NCBI GenBank assembly: GCA_016700135.1
Contig: CP065004.1
Location: 690,001 to 722,000 of the forward strand
DNA length: 32,000 nucleotides
From: Candidatus Saccharimonadota bacterium
GTDB taxonomy: Bacteria > Patescibacteriota > Microgenomatia > UBA1406 > GWC2-37-13
Direction: 5' to 3'
Of the stretch, positions 15,260 to 23,461 are shown one piece after another (within the stretch, counting starts at the first letter, position 1; each line of letters opens with the position of its first letter). Both the position numbers and the translations under genes were made by a program. The notes beneath the pieces are model-generated. The model saw nothing but the letters and a program-made list of their open reading frames with translations. It did no database searches and was not told the origin of the DNA.

Positions 15260-16027
15260 ATGGATAATCTCAAACAAAATCTTATTAATCTCGGACTGTC
15301 AGAAGAGGAAATAACCATTTATTTGTCTACATTGGAACACGGATCAGCAACGCCTTTGGAACTTGCTCGAAACACCGGTATTCCCCGTACAACCGTATAT
15401 CTTTTAATTGATTCACTGGTTGACAAAAAACTCCTTTCACTGAGTTCGGATATGAAAAAGAAGCAGTATATACCCACCTCGCCTGAAGGGCTTATTCATC
15501 TTGCGCAAATTAAAAAAGAACAAATGCAGGAGACACTGCATTCGTTAAGAACGGAGCTTCCTCAACTGCATGCTCTTTATAGACTTTATCATACTCAACC
15601 GAAAATAGCCTATTATCAGGGTACAGATGAAATTATTAAGCTGTTTAAAGAAGCTGTAAAACATGAAAAAATCTATTTGTATGTTTTGTCTCAGGAATTT
15701 GCTTCATTCTTCGGTACCCCTATGAACACGTTTCGTGATGAGGTAAGAAAAGGCATGCTCTATACGAAAGAGATTCTTTCCGAGACAGTTGAAAATCTGC
15801 AGTATCAAAAGGATAAGAGTTCTATACGGAATCAAGTAATTTTACTGCCAAAGAGCGATGTCATAAACATTGACAGTTTACTTTTTGGTGATAAAGTCAT
15901 TTTTCTTACCTATAAAAACGGGCAGCCGCATGCAACGGTTATCAATGATAAAGATATCCAAAGCTTTGAGGCAATAAAATTTAATGTCATATGGCACTCA
16001 TTGAGTCTATCCGAATCCAAGGAGTAA
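15260..16027 (+). CDS. TrmB-family transcriptional regulator
   Basis: N-terminal winged HTH: LGLSEEEITIYLSTLEHGSATPLELARNTGIPRTTVYLLIDSLVDKKLLS. The length and C-terminal domain fit the TrmB family. Confidence 0.75.
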   Translation: MDNLKQNLINLGLSEEEITIYLSTLEHGSATPLELARNTGIPRTTVYLLIDSLVDKKLLSLSSDMKKKQYIPTSPEGLIHLAQIKKEQMQETLHSLRTELPQLHALYRLYHTQPKIAYYQGTDEIIKLFKEAVKHEKIYLYVLSQEFASFFGTPMNTFRDEVRKGMLYTKEILSETVENLQYQKDKSSIRNQVILLPKSDVINIDSLLFGDKVIFLTYKNGQPHATVINDKDIQSFEAIKFNVIWHSLSLSESKE

Positions 16028-16059
16028 GTTTGATGTCTTTTTCTACATATAACCGTTTT

Positions 16060-16088
16060 TTGGCATTCGTTACGAAATAGAGTAGAAT
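16060..16088 (+). promoter_or_regulatory. Promoter TTGGCA-17 nt-TAGAAT, ending 6 nt upstream of the DUF2207 ATG (leaderless-type)
   Basis: TTGGCA at 16060-16065, TAGAAT at 16083-16088, ATG at 16095. No Shine-Dalgarno sequence. Confidence 0.55.
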
Positions 16089-16094
16089 AGAACC

Positions 16095-17834
16095 ATGCGG
16101 AATATCTACACATTCTTTACTTTGGCTGTCCTTTTGTTGTTACTTCCCCTATACACGTTGGCTCAAACCACTGGGGAAGATGCTACTTCGCCAGCCGTTG
16201 AGATGCAGTATTCGGGGGAATATATCTCTTCATATACATCAACAATTCAGGTACAAAAAGACGGTCAAATCAGTGTAAATGAAGAGATTTTATATGATTT
16301 CGGAACAGACGAAAGACACGGAATATTCAGAAAAATCCCGACTGATAAAACAAATGAGGAGGGAAAAGTATATCGCATGGATATTGAAGATATATCCGTG
16401 GACGATGAAAATGGTACTGCATATCCTTTTGAAACTTTGCGTGAGGGTGATATGTTGGTACTAAAAATCGGAGATCCCGACAAGACAATAACAGGCAGAC
16501 ACACGTACGTCATCAGATATACAGTTGCCGGAGCTTTGACATATTTTACGGAATCGGATGAGCTCTATTGGGAAGCTATAGGCAGTGATTCCAATGTCCC
16601 GATTGCCCAGGCGACAGCCGTCGTGAAACTTCCTGAGGAGATCAGCGAGGAGCAAATACAATATACCTGTTTTGTCGGTTCTGCCGCTAGTACCGCAACA
16701 GACAGATGCACCGTAGCCGTATCAGGATACCAGCTCATGTACTCTTCAGAGCATTTGGTGCCGTATGAAGGTTTAACTGTTGTAGCAAGATTCCCGATGG
16801 GAGTCGTTTCGGTTCTTGAACCGAAAGAGGTGGTTAGTTTTTGGGATACCTTAATCGGGAAAATTACGCTATTCGGTATTATTGTAGCTGCCTTGTTATG
16901 GTACATAGTATATCCACTGTGGTTGCCGATAAAGTGGTGGATGCACGGTCGTGATCCCAAGCATCAGGGAATAGGGGAGACATCAGCATGGTTTAGTGCT
17001 CCTAAATTACCGAACGGACGTGAACTTACACCTGCAGAAGCAGGGGCAATAGTTGATGAAAAAATACAACTTCAGGAATTTACCGCTCTGGCAGTCCAAC
17101 TCGCACAAAAAGGGTACTTGAAGATCGTCGAAAAGAAAAAGAATGATTTTGAGCTGCACAAGACGAAAGACTTTGTTGGAGATAAATCATTATTGAAATA
17201 TGAGAAACTTTTTTTAACAGAGGTTTTTTCCGACGGATCTGAGCTGAGACTCAAGGATAAAGATACAGATCTTGCGAAAACAGTGAGTTCTGTTGAAAAA
17301 GAAATGTATAAACAGTTAATTGCTGATAAAATCTTCCCCAAAGATCCCGATAATATCCGGAAGTATTATGCTATTATCACGGGTCTGGCAACTTTCACCT
17401 TCAATATTCTTTTGGTCATCTCCGCAGGCATTTTCGGACGGATAATGCCTAGAAAAACGCTTGAAGGAGTGCATGCCGCGAACATTGCAAAATCTTTAAA
17501 GAATTTTCTCACTTCCCAGGAACGACAACTGGAGTTTCAGGCAGACCGGCAGATGATGTTTGAAAAATTATTACCGTATGCGATTTCTTTCGGAGTGGAG
17601 AAGATTTGGGCAGAGAGGTTTAAGGATTTGACTCTTTCGCAGCCTGCATGGTATCAGGGACAGACAACAGGGGCTTTTACCGCACAATCATTCAGCAATT
17701 CTCTTCATAGTTCATTTGCTTCTTCAATGAGGGCAGCAACGACTTCCACAACCTCAAGCTCCGGCTTTTCGTCGGGTTTCAGCGGAGGATCGGTAGGCGG
17801 AGGAGGAGGGGGAGGAAGTGTCGGTAGTTGGTGA
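16095..17834 (+). CDS. DUF2207-family membrane protein
   Basis: Signal peptide, an N-terminal beta domain (ISVNEEILYDFGTDERHGIFRKIP), central TM helices and a Ser/Gly-rich C-terminal tail (SSSGFSSGFSGGSVGGGGGGGSVGSW). Confidence 0.75.
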   Translation: MRNIYTFFTLAVLLLLLPLYTLAQTTGEDATSPAVEMQYSGEYISSYTSTIQVQKDGQISVNEEILYDFGTDERHGIFRKIPTDKTNEEGKVYRMDIEDISVDDENGTAYPFETLREGDMLVLKIGDPDKTITGRHTYVIRYTVAGALTYFTESDELYWEAIGSDSNVPIAQATAVVKLPEEISEEQIQYTCFVGSAASTATDRCTVAVSGYQLMYSSEHLVPYEGLTVVARFPMGVVSVLEPKEVVSFWDTLIGKITLFGIIVAALLWYIVYPLWLPIKWWMHGRDPKHQGIGETSAWFSAPKLPNGRELTPAEAGAIVDEKIQLQEFTALAVQLAQKGYLKIVEKKKNDFELHKTKDFVGDKSLLKYEKLFLTEVFSDGSELRLKDKDTDLAKTVSSVEKEMYKQLIADKIFPKDPDNIRKYYAIITGLATFTFNILLVISAGIFGRIMPRKTLEGVHAANIAKSLKNFLTSQERQLEFQADRQMMFEKLLPYAISFGVEKIWAERFKDLTLSQPAWYQGQTTGAFTAQSFSNSLHSSFASSMRAATTSTTSSSGFSSGFSGGSVGGGGGGGSVGSW

Positions 17835-17845
17835 CAGAATACAGG

Positions 17846-18580
17846 ATGGAACGTCTGGAACAAAGGATATATGACGAACAGGGGGCTCATCAGGCTTTAT
17901 CACGGGTACGGGCTGCATTCAACCTTCTACCGAGGAATGTATTTGTCGTACATGATAATGCTCCGGTCATAGCACATGAATTAGACCTTCCTCTTGAAAC
18001 AGTCATTGAAGTATTCCAAACTCCGCACCCTGTACTCTTTCCTGATGTGCCGGCTGCTTTTGAGAGAATGTCTGCAGCTGGTTCTTTACCGATTGTGTGG
18101 ACACAGGGTCATCTCGACCAGGATAAGGATTTTGGATTTTTACAATCAGACCAGGAACTTTCCTTTCAGGCACTGAAGATTGTAAGGTCAGGTCTGCATG
18201 GCCATCTTATACCGTTTGGTCAGAGACTTTCCCAGTTGGGATTGCCGCACATAGTCGGAGGTTTTAATAAGTGTGACCCCCGCATAGTTCTTCCTGTGCT
18301 TGAAAATGCATGTGAAGGGGGAATTGAGCGTGTTTTTGCCGTCGATGATTTGAGTGATAACCTGGAACAGATGGGAGAGCTGTGTATGAGTACCGGAATC
18401 TCCTATGTCCCGCTTCTGATAGACCGAAAGAAAAAAAGCCGGACGGCAGACATATATTCTTTTGATGAATTAACGTTCGTAGAAAATACTTTATACTTCC
18501 TGGATCTCGATCGTACACAAATAGATACTGACGGAATGAAGCAGGAGATGTTTGCCAGGCTGGCTTGCTGTATTGAGTAA
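17846..18580 (+). CDS. HAD-superfamily-like protein with an atypical motif order
   Basis: ATG at 17846; the track start is a TTG at 17828. HAD motif II (LPIVWTQG), motif III (GGFNKCDP) and motif IV (VFAVDDLSDN) are present. The N-terminal motif I position is degenerate (VFVVHDNAPV), while FLDLDRTQIDTD (DxDxT) lies near the C-terminus. Confidence 0.5.
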   Translation: MERLEQRIYDEQGAHQALSRVRAAFNLLPRNVFVVHDNAPVIAHELDLPLETVIEVFQTPHPVLFPDVPAAFERMSAAGSLPIVWTQGHLDQDKDFGFLQSDQELSFQALKIVRSGLHGHLIPFGQRLSQLGLPHIVGGFNKCDPRIVLPVLENACEGGIERVFAVDDLSDNLEQMGELCMSTGISYVPLLIDRKKKSRTADIYSFDELTFVENTLYFLDLDRTQIDTDGMKQEMFARLACCIE

Positions 18581-18582
18581 AG

Positions 18583-19512
18583 TTAGTCTGAAAAATCACT
18601 GTACACGTTGCTCAAGTAATTATGAATTTCATCCTGATGGAGTCCGTAGTAGGTGCCGAGCATAGCCGCAAGATTGATCCCCATAAGCGTCATATAAGGA
18701 CCTAATTTCCTTTGAGCTGCATCCTGTTTGAGCTGTTGTGCTTCATCAAAAGGGCCGTACTCAGGCGAAAGCTGAGACTGTTTGAAACGGTCATAGGATA
18801 CTTTAGCGCTGATTGCCGTTGTGACAGCATCACATATTTCCTGGTACGGGACTTTCATCAGAGTTTCTGATGACACAGGGAATCTCCTATCAACGAAATT
18901 CCTTACCTGAGGTTGAGAAAGAATTGCCGGTATGCTTATTGCGGCCGCCTGAAGAATTGATCTTCCGGCATGAGTTCCGAAAAACTCCCACCATGCATTA
19001 CCGCCTTCATTTACGGGAATGGCTTTGGCTTCAGTTTGGGCACGATACCAGCTGGGAAGAAGTCCGGTCATTCCCGAAGTTAAGGCCAGAATCTCTCCGG
19101 CAGGAGAACCTTTTGCATGTGCCTGCTGCATGCGTGTCATCGCAAGAAAAGCGTTATTTGTGCGATCAGTGACAGCATCATATAAAGCCCCGTTTCCTTT
19201 GCCGTAAGTGCCGTTGAGCTTTGCCATTTTTCCGTCTACGGCATCAGCTATCAGCCCGGCGGAGAGAACGATGAGTGGGGTCATACTTTGTTTTTCCCCA
19301 TACGGAATCTCCCGTAACTGATACATTTGCATCAATGATCCGGCAGCAACACCGAGTCCGCCGGCTATCGTCACCTGATCAGCTGTAATTTCAGGGAACA
19401 TCCCATGTATCCTTTCCGTTGTCCACTGGAGAGGAGGGTCAGTCATTTTCCTAAGCCATGAGCGGGTATCGGGCGACTTATCCGGTTGTTGTGGCGGTAA
19501 TTCGTGGTTCAT
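18583..19512 (-). CDS. CDP-alcohol phosphatidyltransferase-family membrane protein
   Basis: DAVDGKMAKLNGTYGKGNGALYDAVTDR fits D-G-x2-A-(R/K)-x9-G-x3-D-x3-D. Several hydrophobic helices. Confidence 0.65.
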   Translation of the reverse strand: MNHELPPQQPDKSPDTRSWLRKMTDPPLQWTTERIHGMFPEITADQVTIAGGLGVAAGSLMQMYQLREIPYGEKQSMTPLIVLSAGLIADAVDGKMAKLNGTYGKGNGALYDAVTDRTNNAFLAMTRMQQAHAKGSPAGEILALTSGMTGLLPSWYRAQTEAKAIPVNEGGNAWWEFFGTHAGRSILQAAAISIPAILSQPQVRNFVDRRFPVSSETLMKVPYQEICDAVTTAISAKVSYDRFKQSQLSPEYGPFDEAQQLKQDAAQRKLGPYMTLMGINLAAMLGTYYGLHQDEIHNYLSNVYSDFSD

Positions 19513-19558
19513 AAAGAAAGTATTATACTATCATTTTTTGCTGAATAAGTTACGAAAG

Positions 19559-20644
19559 ATATGGCACTCATAGGGAACTAACATCTATGAGTAAATGGGG
19601 AGGAGATCAGCTTCGAGTAATTAGGAGTTATGACTGGCAGTACAATAGAGATCTTATGAAAAAGATACGATCTCTATCAGACTACAATCAGTCAGATGTA
19701 GCACAAATCAGAAACGATGTTCTGACATTTGCAGAGAAGTACGGGATACAAGCTGCAGTTGATGCATATGGGATATCACGAAGGACATTGTTTCGATGGA
19801 GGAAGAGACGGCGAGATTCAGAAGGGCAGTTGGATAGCCTGATACCAGAGACAACCAAGCCAAAGACACCCCGACGTATGGAGACTCACCCGAAGGTCAT
19901 ATCCTTTATCAAAGAGATTCGAGAACAATACTTTTGTTTGGGAAAGGAGAAGATCAAGCCCTTACTTGATGAGTATTGCCTACAGGAAGGAATTTCAACT
20001 ATATCTGAGTCAACCATTGGAAAAGTGATCAAAAGACACAACCTGCAGCGCAAGACCTACCGGATCTATCACAATCCAGCAAGTGGCTTTGCAAAACGGA
20101 AAGTAAAGTACCGACAGAAGGTCAAGCGGTCTCCCAAGGTGGAAGATACCGGATACATTGAGATTGATACCATCACGAAGTTTGTACACGGAATCAAGCT
20201 GTATGTCTTCAATGCAGTGGACATCAAACTCAAATTCCAGTTCTCCTACGGATACTCAAAACTCAACAGCCGAAACGGTGCTGATTTTATGAGAAGACTG
20301 GAACTAGTATACCCAATACAAGATGGTATAAAAACCATACAAACAGATAACGGCCTCGAGTATCTGGGAAACTTCCATGACTATCTGGAAGAAAACAATA
20401 TCCCACACCTCTTTATCTACCCCAGATGTCCCAAGATCAATGCCTTTATTGAGCGAGCAAACAGAACACTCCAGGAAGAATTTATGAACCCCTACATCTA
20501 TACCAAGTGGACCGGTATCGGATCATTCAATCGTCACCTTATTGAATACCTCGTCTGGTACAATACAAAGCGAGTTCACAAAAGCCTGAACAATATTTCA
20601 CCTATGGATTACCTATTATCTATTTTACCTAAAGAGTGCCATAT
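19559..20644 (+). mobile_element. IS481-like (rve/DDE) insertion sequence, about 1.09 kb
   Basis: Terminal inverted repeats: ATATGGCACTC at 19559-19569 and GAGTGCCATAT at 20634-20644. These are 11/11 identical, with partial extension inward. A single transposase ORF lies inside. I could not identify a target-site duplication. Confidence 0.6.
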
Positions 20645-20720
20645 GTATGGAACTCATACATTTGCTTCACTTCAACACTCAGGCATGTTACAATATCAGG
20701 TACAGACACTGATCCCGTAG
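19587..20720 (+). CDS. DDE transposase/integrase-core protein (IS481/IS3 superfamily)
   Basis: N-terminal HTH (GISRRTLFRWRKRR). DDE triad context: IEIDTITKF, IQTDNGLEY and FIERANRTLQEE. C-terminal WYNTKRVHKSLNNISPMDY. The last 25 codons lie beyond IR-R, and the stop TAG (20718-20720) is inside tRNA-Arg(GCG). Confidence 0.85.
   Translation: MSKWGGDQLRVIRSYDWQYNRDLMKKIRSLSDYNQSDVAQIRNDVLTFAEKYGIQAAVDAYGISRRTLFRWRKRRRDSEGQLDSLIPETTKPKTPRRMETHPKVISFIKEIREQYFCLGKEKIKPLLDEYCLQEGISTISESTIGKVIKRHNLQRKTYRIYHNPASGFAKRKVKYRQKVKRSPKVEDTGYIEIDTITKFVHGIKLYVFNAVDIKLKFQFSYGYSKLNSRNGADFMRRLELVYPIQDGIKTIQTDNGLEYLGNFHDYLEENNIPHLFIYPRCPKINAFIERANRTLQEEFMNPYIYTKWTGIGSFNRHLIEYLVWYNTKRVHKSLNNISPMDYLLSILPKECHMYGTHTFASLQHSGMLQYQVQTLIP
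20686..20694 (+). promoter_or_regulatory. Extended -10 element TGTTACAAT for tRNA-Arg(GCG)/tRNA-Trp
   Basis: TGnTAnAAT ends 16 nt upstream of the tRNA 5' end. It is the same element type as at 7523. It lies inside the transposase ORF tail. Confidence 0.45.
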
Positions 20721-20784
20721 CTTAATTGGATAGAGCATCAGATTGCGGATCTGAAGGTTGGTGGTTCAAGTCCACTCGGGATCG
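20711..20784 (+). tRNA. trnR-GCG: tRNA-Arg(GCG)
   Basis: GATCCCG TA GCTT AATTGGATA GAGC A TCAGA TTGCGGA TCTGA AGGTT GGTGG TTCAAGT CCACT CGGGATC G. The anticodon loop reads T-T-GCG-G-A. Confidence 0.85.
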
Positions 20785-20856
20785 CAGAATTCGAAGTTTG
20801 GAAATAGACAGTAGTCAACGGACCATTGACCAACGACTATAGTCCAATGACTGATA

Positions 20857-20927
20857 GGGGGCGTAGTTTAATGGTAGAATAGAGGTCTCCAAAACCTTTG
20901 ATGGGAGTTCGATTCTCTCCGCCCCTG
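20857..20927 (+). tRNA. trnW-CCA: tRNA-Trp(CCA)
   Basis: GGGGGCG TA GTTT AATGGTA GAAT A GAGGT CTCCAAA ACCTT TGAT GGGAG TTCGATT CTCTC CGCCCCT G. It has a G1-T72 wobble pair, and an extra A at 20856 could pair with T72 instead. Confidence 0.85.
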
Positions 20928-21028
20928 CAGTACTATTTCGTAAGATAAAAAGATCCTCCTATAGCCTGTTATCCTCAATAAACCTAAAGTCAGTCATTGA
21001 GTTTGTCTCTGATATATAATAGTAATAC

Positions 21029-22033
21029 ATGTCTACTGCTGAACTTATGCTTCCGGCACTTAGACAGAAAGAAGTTGTTTCTAAGTTTCCAGCACTACCA
21101 GAGCGGGACGATTCGGTATTGAAACTTCCCGAACAATGGAATGCTGAAGATTTCTGTCACAGTGCCGATCCATATATCTTTCCTTTTGGAAATTCATATG
21201 TCGGAATTTTTCAAGTAGATGCGGCACCTGCACGACCCGAAGGTTTATCATATCGATTCGCTCCGTCAATTCCTGCTGTGGGGTCCTCTTCAGATGTTCA
21301 CTTGCGTTTTGAAAATCATGGCGACAAACTTTTGGAATTCTGGGCTCCTGAGATTTTTCAAACTGGTAATGAATACCACATGCTCGTTGCCGCTTCAAAC
21401 GGAAACAATATAACTCATCGGATGCAGCACTATACGTCTGATTCACTGATACATTCCTGGCGCTGGTGCGAAGAATATCCCACTCCATCATGGGCGATCG
21501 ATATGACCTATGTTCCTGAAATTGATGCGCTTATTTATTCAGGCTGGGAGAATGATAATGACGGATTTCCGCAGCATATTTTTGCCATGCCGGCCACCAA
21601 GAACCTTCATCCTGCCGGAGATTCAGTAATTATCGGTAGTCCGATACATCCGTATTGTTGTCGTAGTGATGAAATTCTTTGCGGAAAGGGATTACTTGAA
21701 GGTCCACAGGCATTAAGGATCAATAATGAATTGTTGGGTTTGTGGGTTGCAGTATCGGGAAGCTGGTCTACTGATTATACACAGGCCATCATGTGGCTTA
21801 AAGACTCCGATAATCCATTCAATAGTCAATCATGGGTTCTTGATAGAGAACCCTGGTTTCCTCAGGGTTACGGCATAGGTCATGGGATGACATTGGATAT
21901 GGGAACAGAGGATCTTGTATATGTGGGTCACAGGAAGACCGTTAAAACCCCGGGATGGGATGATAGAGTATCCTTTTTTATGAATATTCCAAAACGGGAT
22001 CTGCTTCGGCGTAGAAAAGATGTTTTAGGATGA
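21029..22033 (+). CDS. Glycoside hydrolase family 43-like (five-bladed beta-propeller) protein, no signal peptide
   Basis: ADPYIFPF (catalytic-base Asp context), FWAPEIF, AIDMTY and LLEGPQA (acid Glu context) occur in the order expected for GH43. Confidence 0.55.
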   Translation: MSTAELMLPALRQKEVVSKFPALPERDDSVLKLPEQWNAEDFCHSADPYIFPFGNSYVGIFQVDAAPARPEGLSYRFAPSIPAVGSSSDVHLRFENHGDKLLEFWAPEIFQTGNEYHMLVAASNGNNITHRMQHYTSDSLIHSWRWCEEYPTPSWAIDMTYVPEIDALIYSGWENDNDGFPQHIFAMPATKNLHPAGDSVIIGSPIHPYCCRSDEILCGKGLLEGPQALRINNELLGLWVAVSGSWSTDYTQAIMWLKDSDNPFNSQSWVLDREPWFPQGYGIGHGMTLDMGTEDLVYVGHRKTVKTPGWDDRVSFFMNIPKRDLLRRRKDVLG

Positions 22034-22087
22034 AATGAGCCTGATTGTCCTATTGAAACTTATAAGCAGATCTAGGATACTGTAAAT

Positions 22088-22897
22088 ATGGCTGATCAGA
22101 TAGAAGAAACACTCCAAGATAATGAAGAGACAGAGACCTATACTCCTTTGCCTGAACATGTCCATAAAGTCCGAAAGTGGAAGCAGATATTTTTTATGAG
22201 TCTTGTCCCGTTAGCCATTATTATCGTCGGGATAGTGGTTTATATGAGATATCAGGATTATTTAGCCCAAAAAGGTTCGATCGGTACGATAAGCGATGAA
22301 ATTCCCCCGACGGCCACACCGATACCGACAGTGACGCCGACAGAAATCATAACCGGCGTTCCGATGGATTGGACTTTGAAAAAATCACAGACGTGCGGAA
22401 TCTCTCTGGTGATTCCTCCCGCCGAAGAGCCATATATTGTACCGCGGGATCCGAATACCCAACCGTCAGCAACTGACGAAGAGGGCAACTATTGGATATT
22501 CGAAGAATCGGACGCTGAGCTCTTCATGTTTAAACATATGACTCGGGCAATTTTCAAGAATCCTGAACGTGCCGGCAGCGGCTATGTTTCAGCAGCCGTT
22601 GAGGTTTATTGCGATGACAATACGGATGGATATACTACCGACGAACTTATGGTAACACTTGAGACCAGTCTCGACGAAAATTTTTCCGTTGTTCGGGTAA
22701 AAGAAATACTGGATGATCAGAAGTGGGGAGTACCGGTCAAAATGGTACGATTTCAGGGAGGAACATTCGGAAACGAACAGTATTATTTACTTGCTACTGA
22801 ATCCCACATCTACGCCATACGTTCATTCGGAGGTTCCGCAAATACCGATGTTACCGCAGTAAGAGATCAAATCTTTTCACAGCTGCGTTTTGAATAA
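22088..22897 (+). CDS. Hypothetical membrane-anchored protein
   Basis: Acidic N-terminus, one TM helix (IFFMSLVPLAIIIVGIVVYM), a Pro/Thr linker and a roughly 190-aa extracytoplasmic domain. No family recognised. Confidence 0.6.
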   Translation: MADQIEETLQDNEETETYTPLPEHVHKVRKWKQIFFMSLVPLAIIIVGIVVYMRYQDYLAQKGSIGTISDEIPPTATPIPTVTPTEIITGVPMDWTLKKSQTCGISLVIPPAEEPYIVPRDPNTQPSATDEEGNYWIFEESDAELFMFKHMTRAIFKNPERAGSGYVSAAVEVYCDDNTDGYTTDELMVTLETSLDENFSVVRVKEILDDQKWGVPVKMVRFQGGTFGNEQYYLLATESHIYAIRSFGGSANTDVTAVRDQIFSQLRFE

Positions 22898-22957
22898 ATA
22901 ATTTGGTTTTTAGATAGGGCCTTGTGGTATACTAGACGCAAAATTTATACCCACACT

Positions 22958-23461
22958 ATGGCACATCCGGATATATTGAGGGCATTAGCAGCAAAAGAAG
23001 TATTCTCTCTACGGGCAGAGCAAACCGTTTCAGATAAAGTTGATGCAGTAATCCGCATGTATTTTAATCATCCTTCATTAAACGGATACAGTCGGATGAG
23101 AACATATCCCGAATACTATAATCCGTCAACTGAACGGTTTGATTCTCTCCTTGCCGGATGCATAGGTGATACCTACAATCCCGGAGAAATGATGATATCG
23201 GCACGGACAGGTTTTATCCGTATGATAAGGCCATTTGAGGAAGGAAAAGGTGTGCAGAGATGGGAAGGTCTGACATTATCCCGTGATAAGGGAAATCAAT
23301 ATACTGCCGAATTGGTGAACAAATACTATCATATTGAAAACGGAGAAGCAGTCCCTATTGCGCGGCCGGTTATACACTTTCCTTTAAGGCCGGAACAGAT
23401 TCTAGAGGAAGCAATACGAGTGTATCCCGACTTTCGTGTCCGCTATGATTTAGTCCGTTAG
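22958..23461 (+). CDS. Hypothetical protein (167 aa)
   Basis: ATG at 22958; the track start is a TTG at 22922. The extended -10 element TGGTATACT at 22925-22933 would place the transcription start between the two candidate starts. No family recognised. Confidence 0.5.
   Translation: MAHPDILRALAAKEVFSLRAEQTVSDKVDAVIRMYFNHPSLNGYSRMRTYPEYYNPSTERFDSLLAGCIGDTYNPGEMMISARTGFIRMIRPFEEGKGVQRWEGLTLSRDKGNQYTAELVNKYYHIENGEAVPIARPVIHFPLRPEQILEEAIRVYPDFRVRYDLVR

Noticed and set aside
20785-20856. Short imperfect repeats (TAGTCAACGGAC / TAGTCCAATGAC) in the tRNA-Arg/tRNA-Trp spacer
   Set aside because: They match at only 9 of 12 positions, and I see no structure or known motif. This is probably chance.
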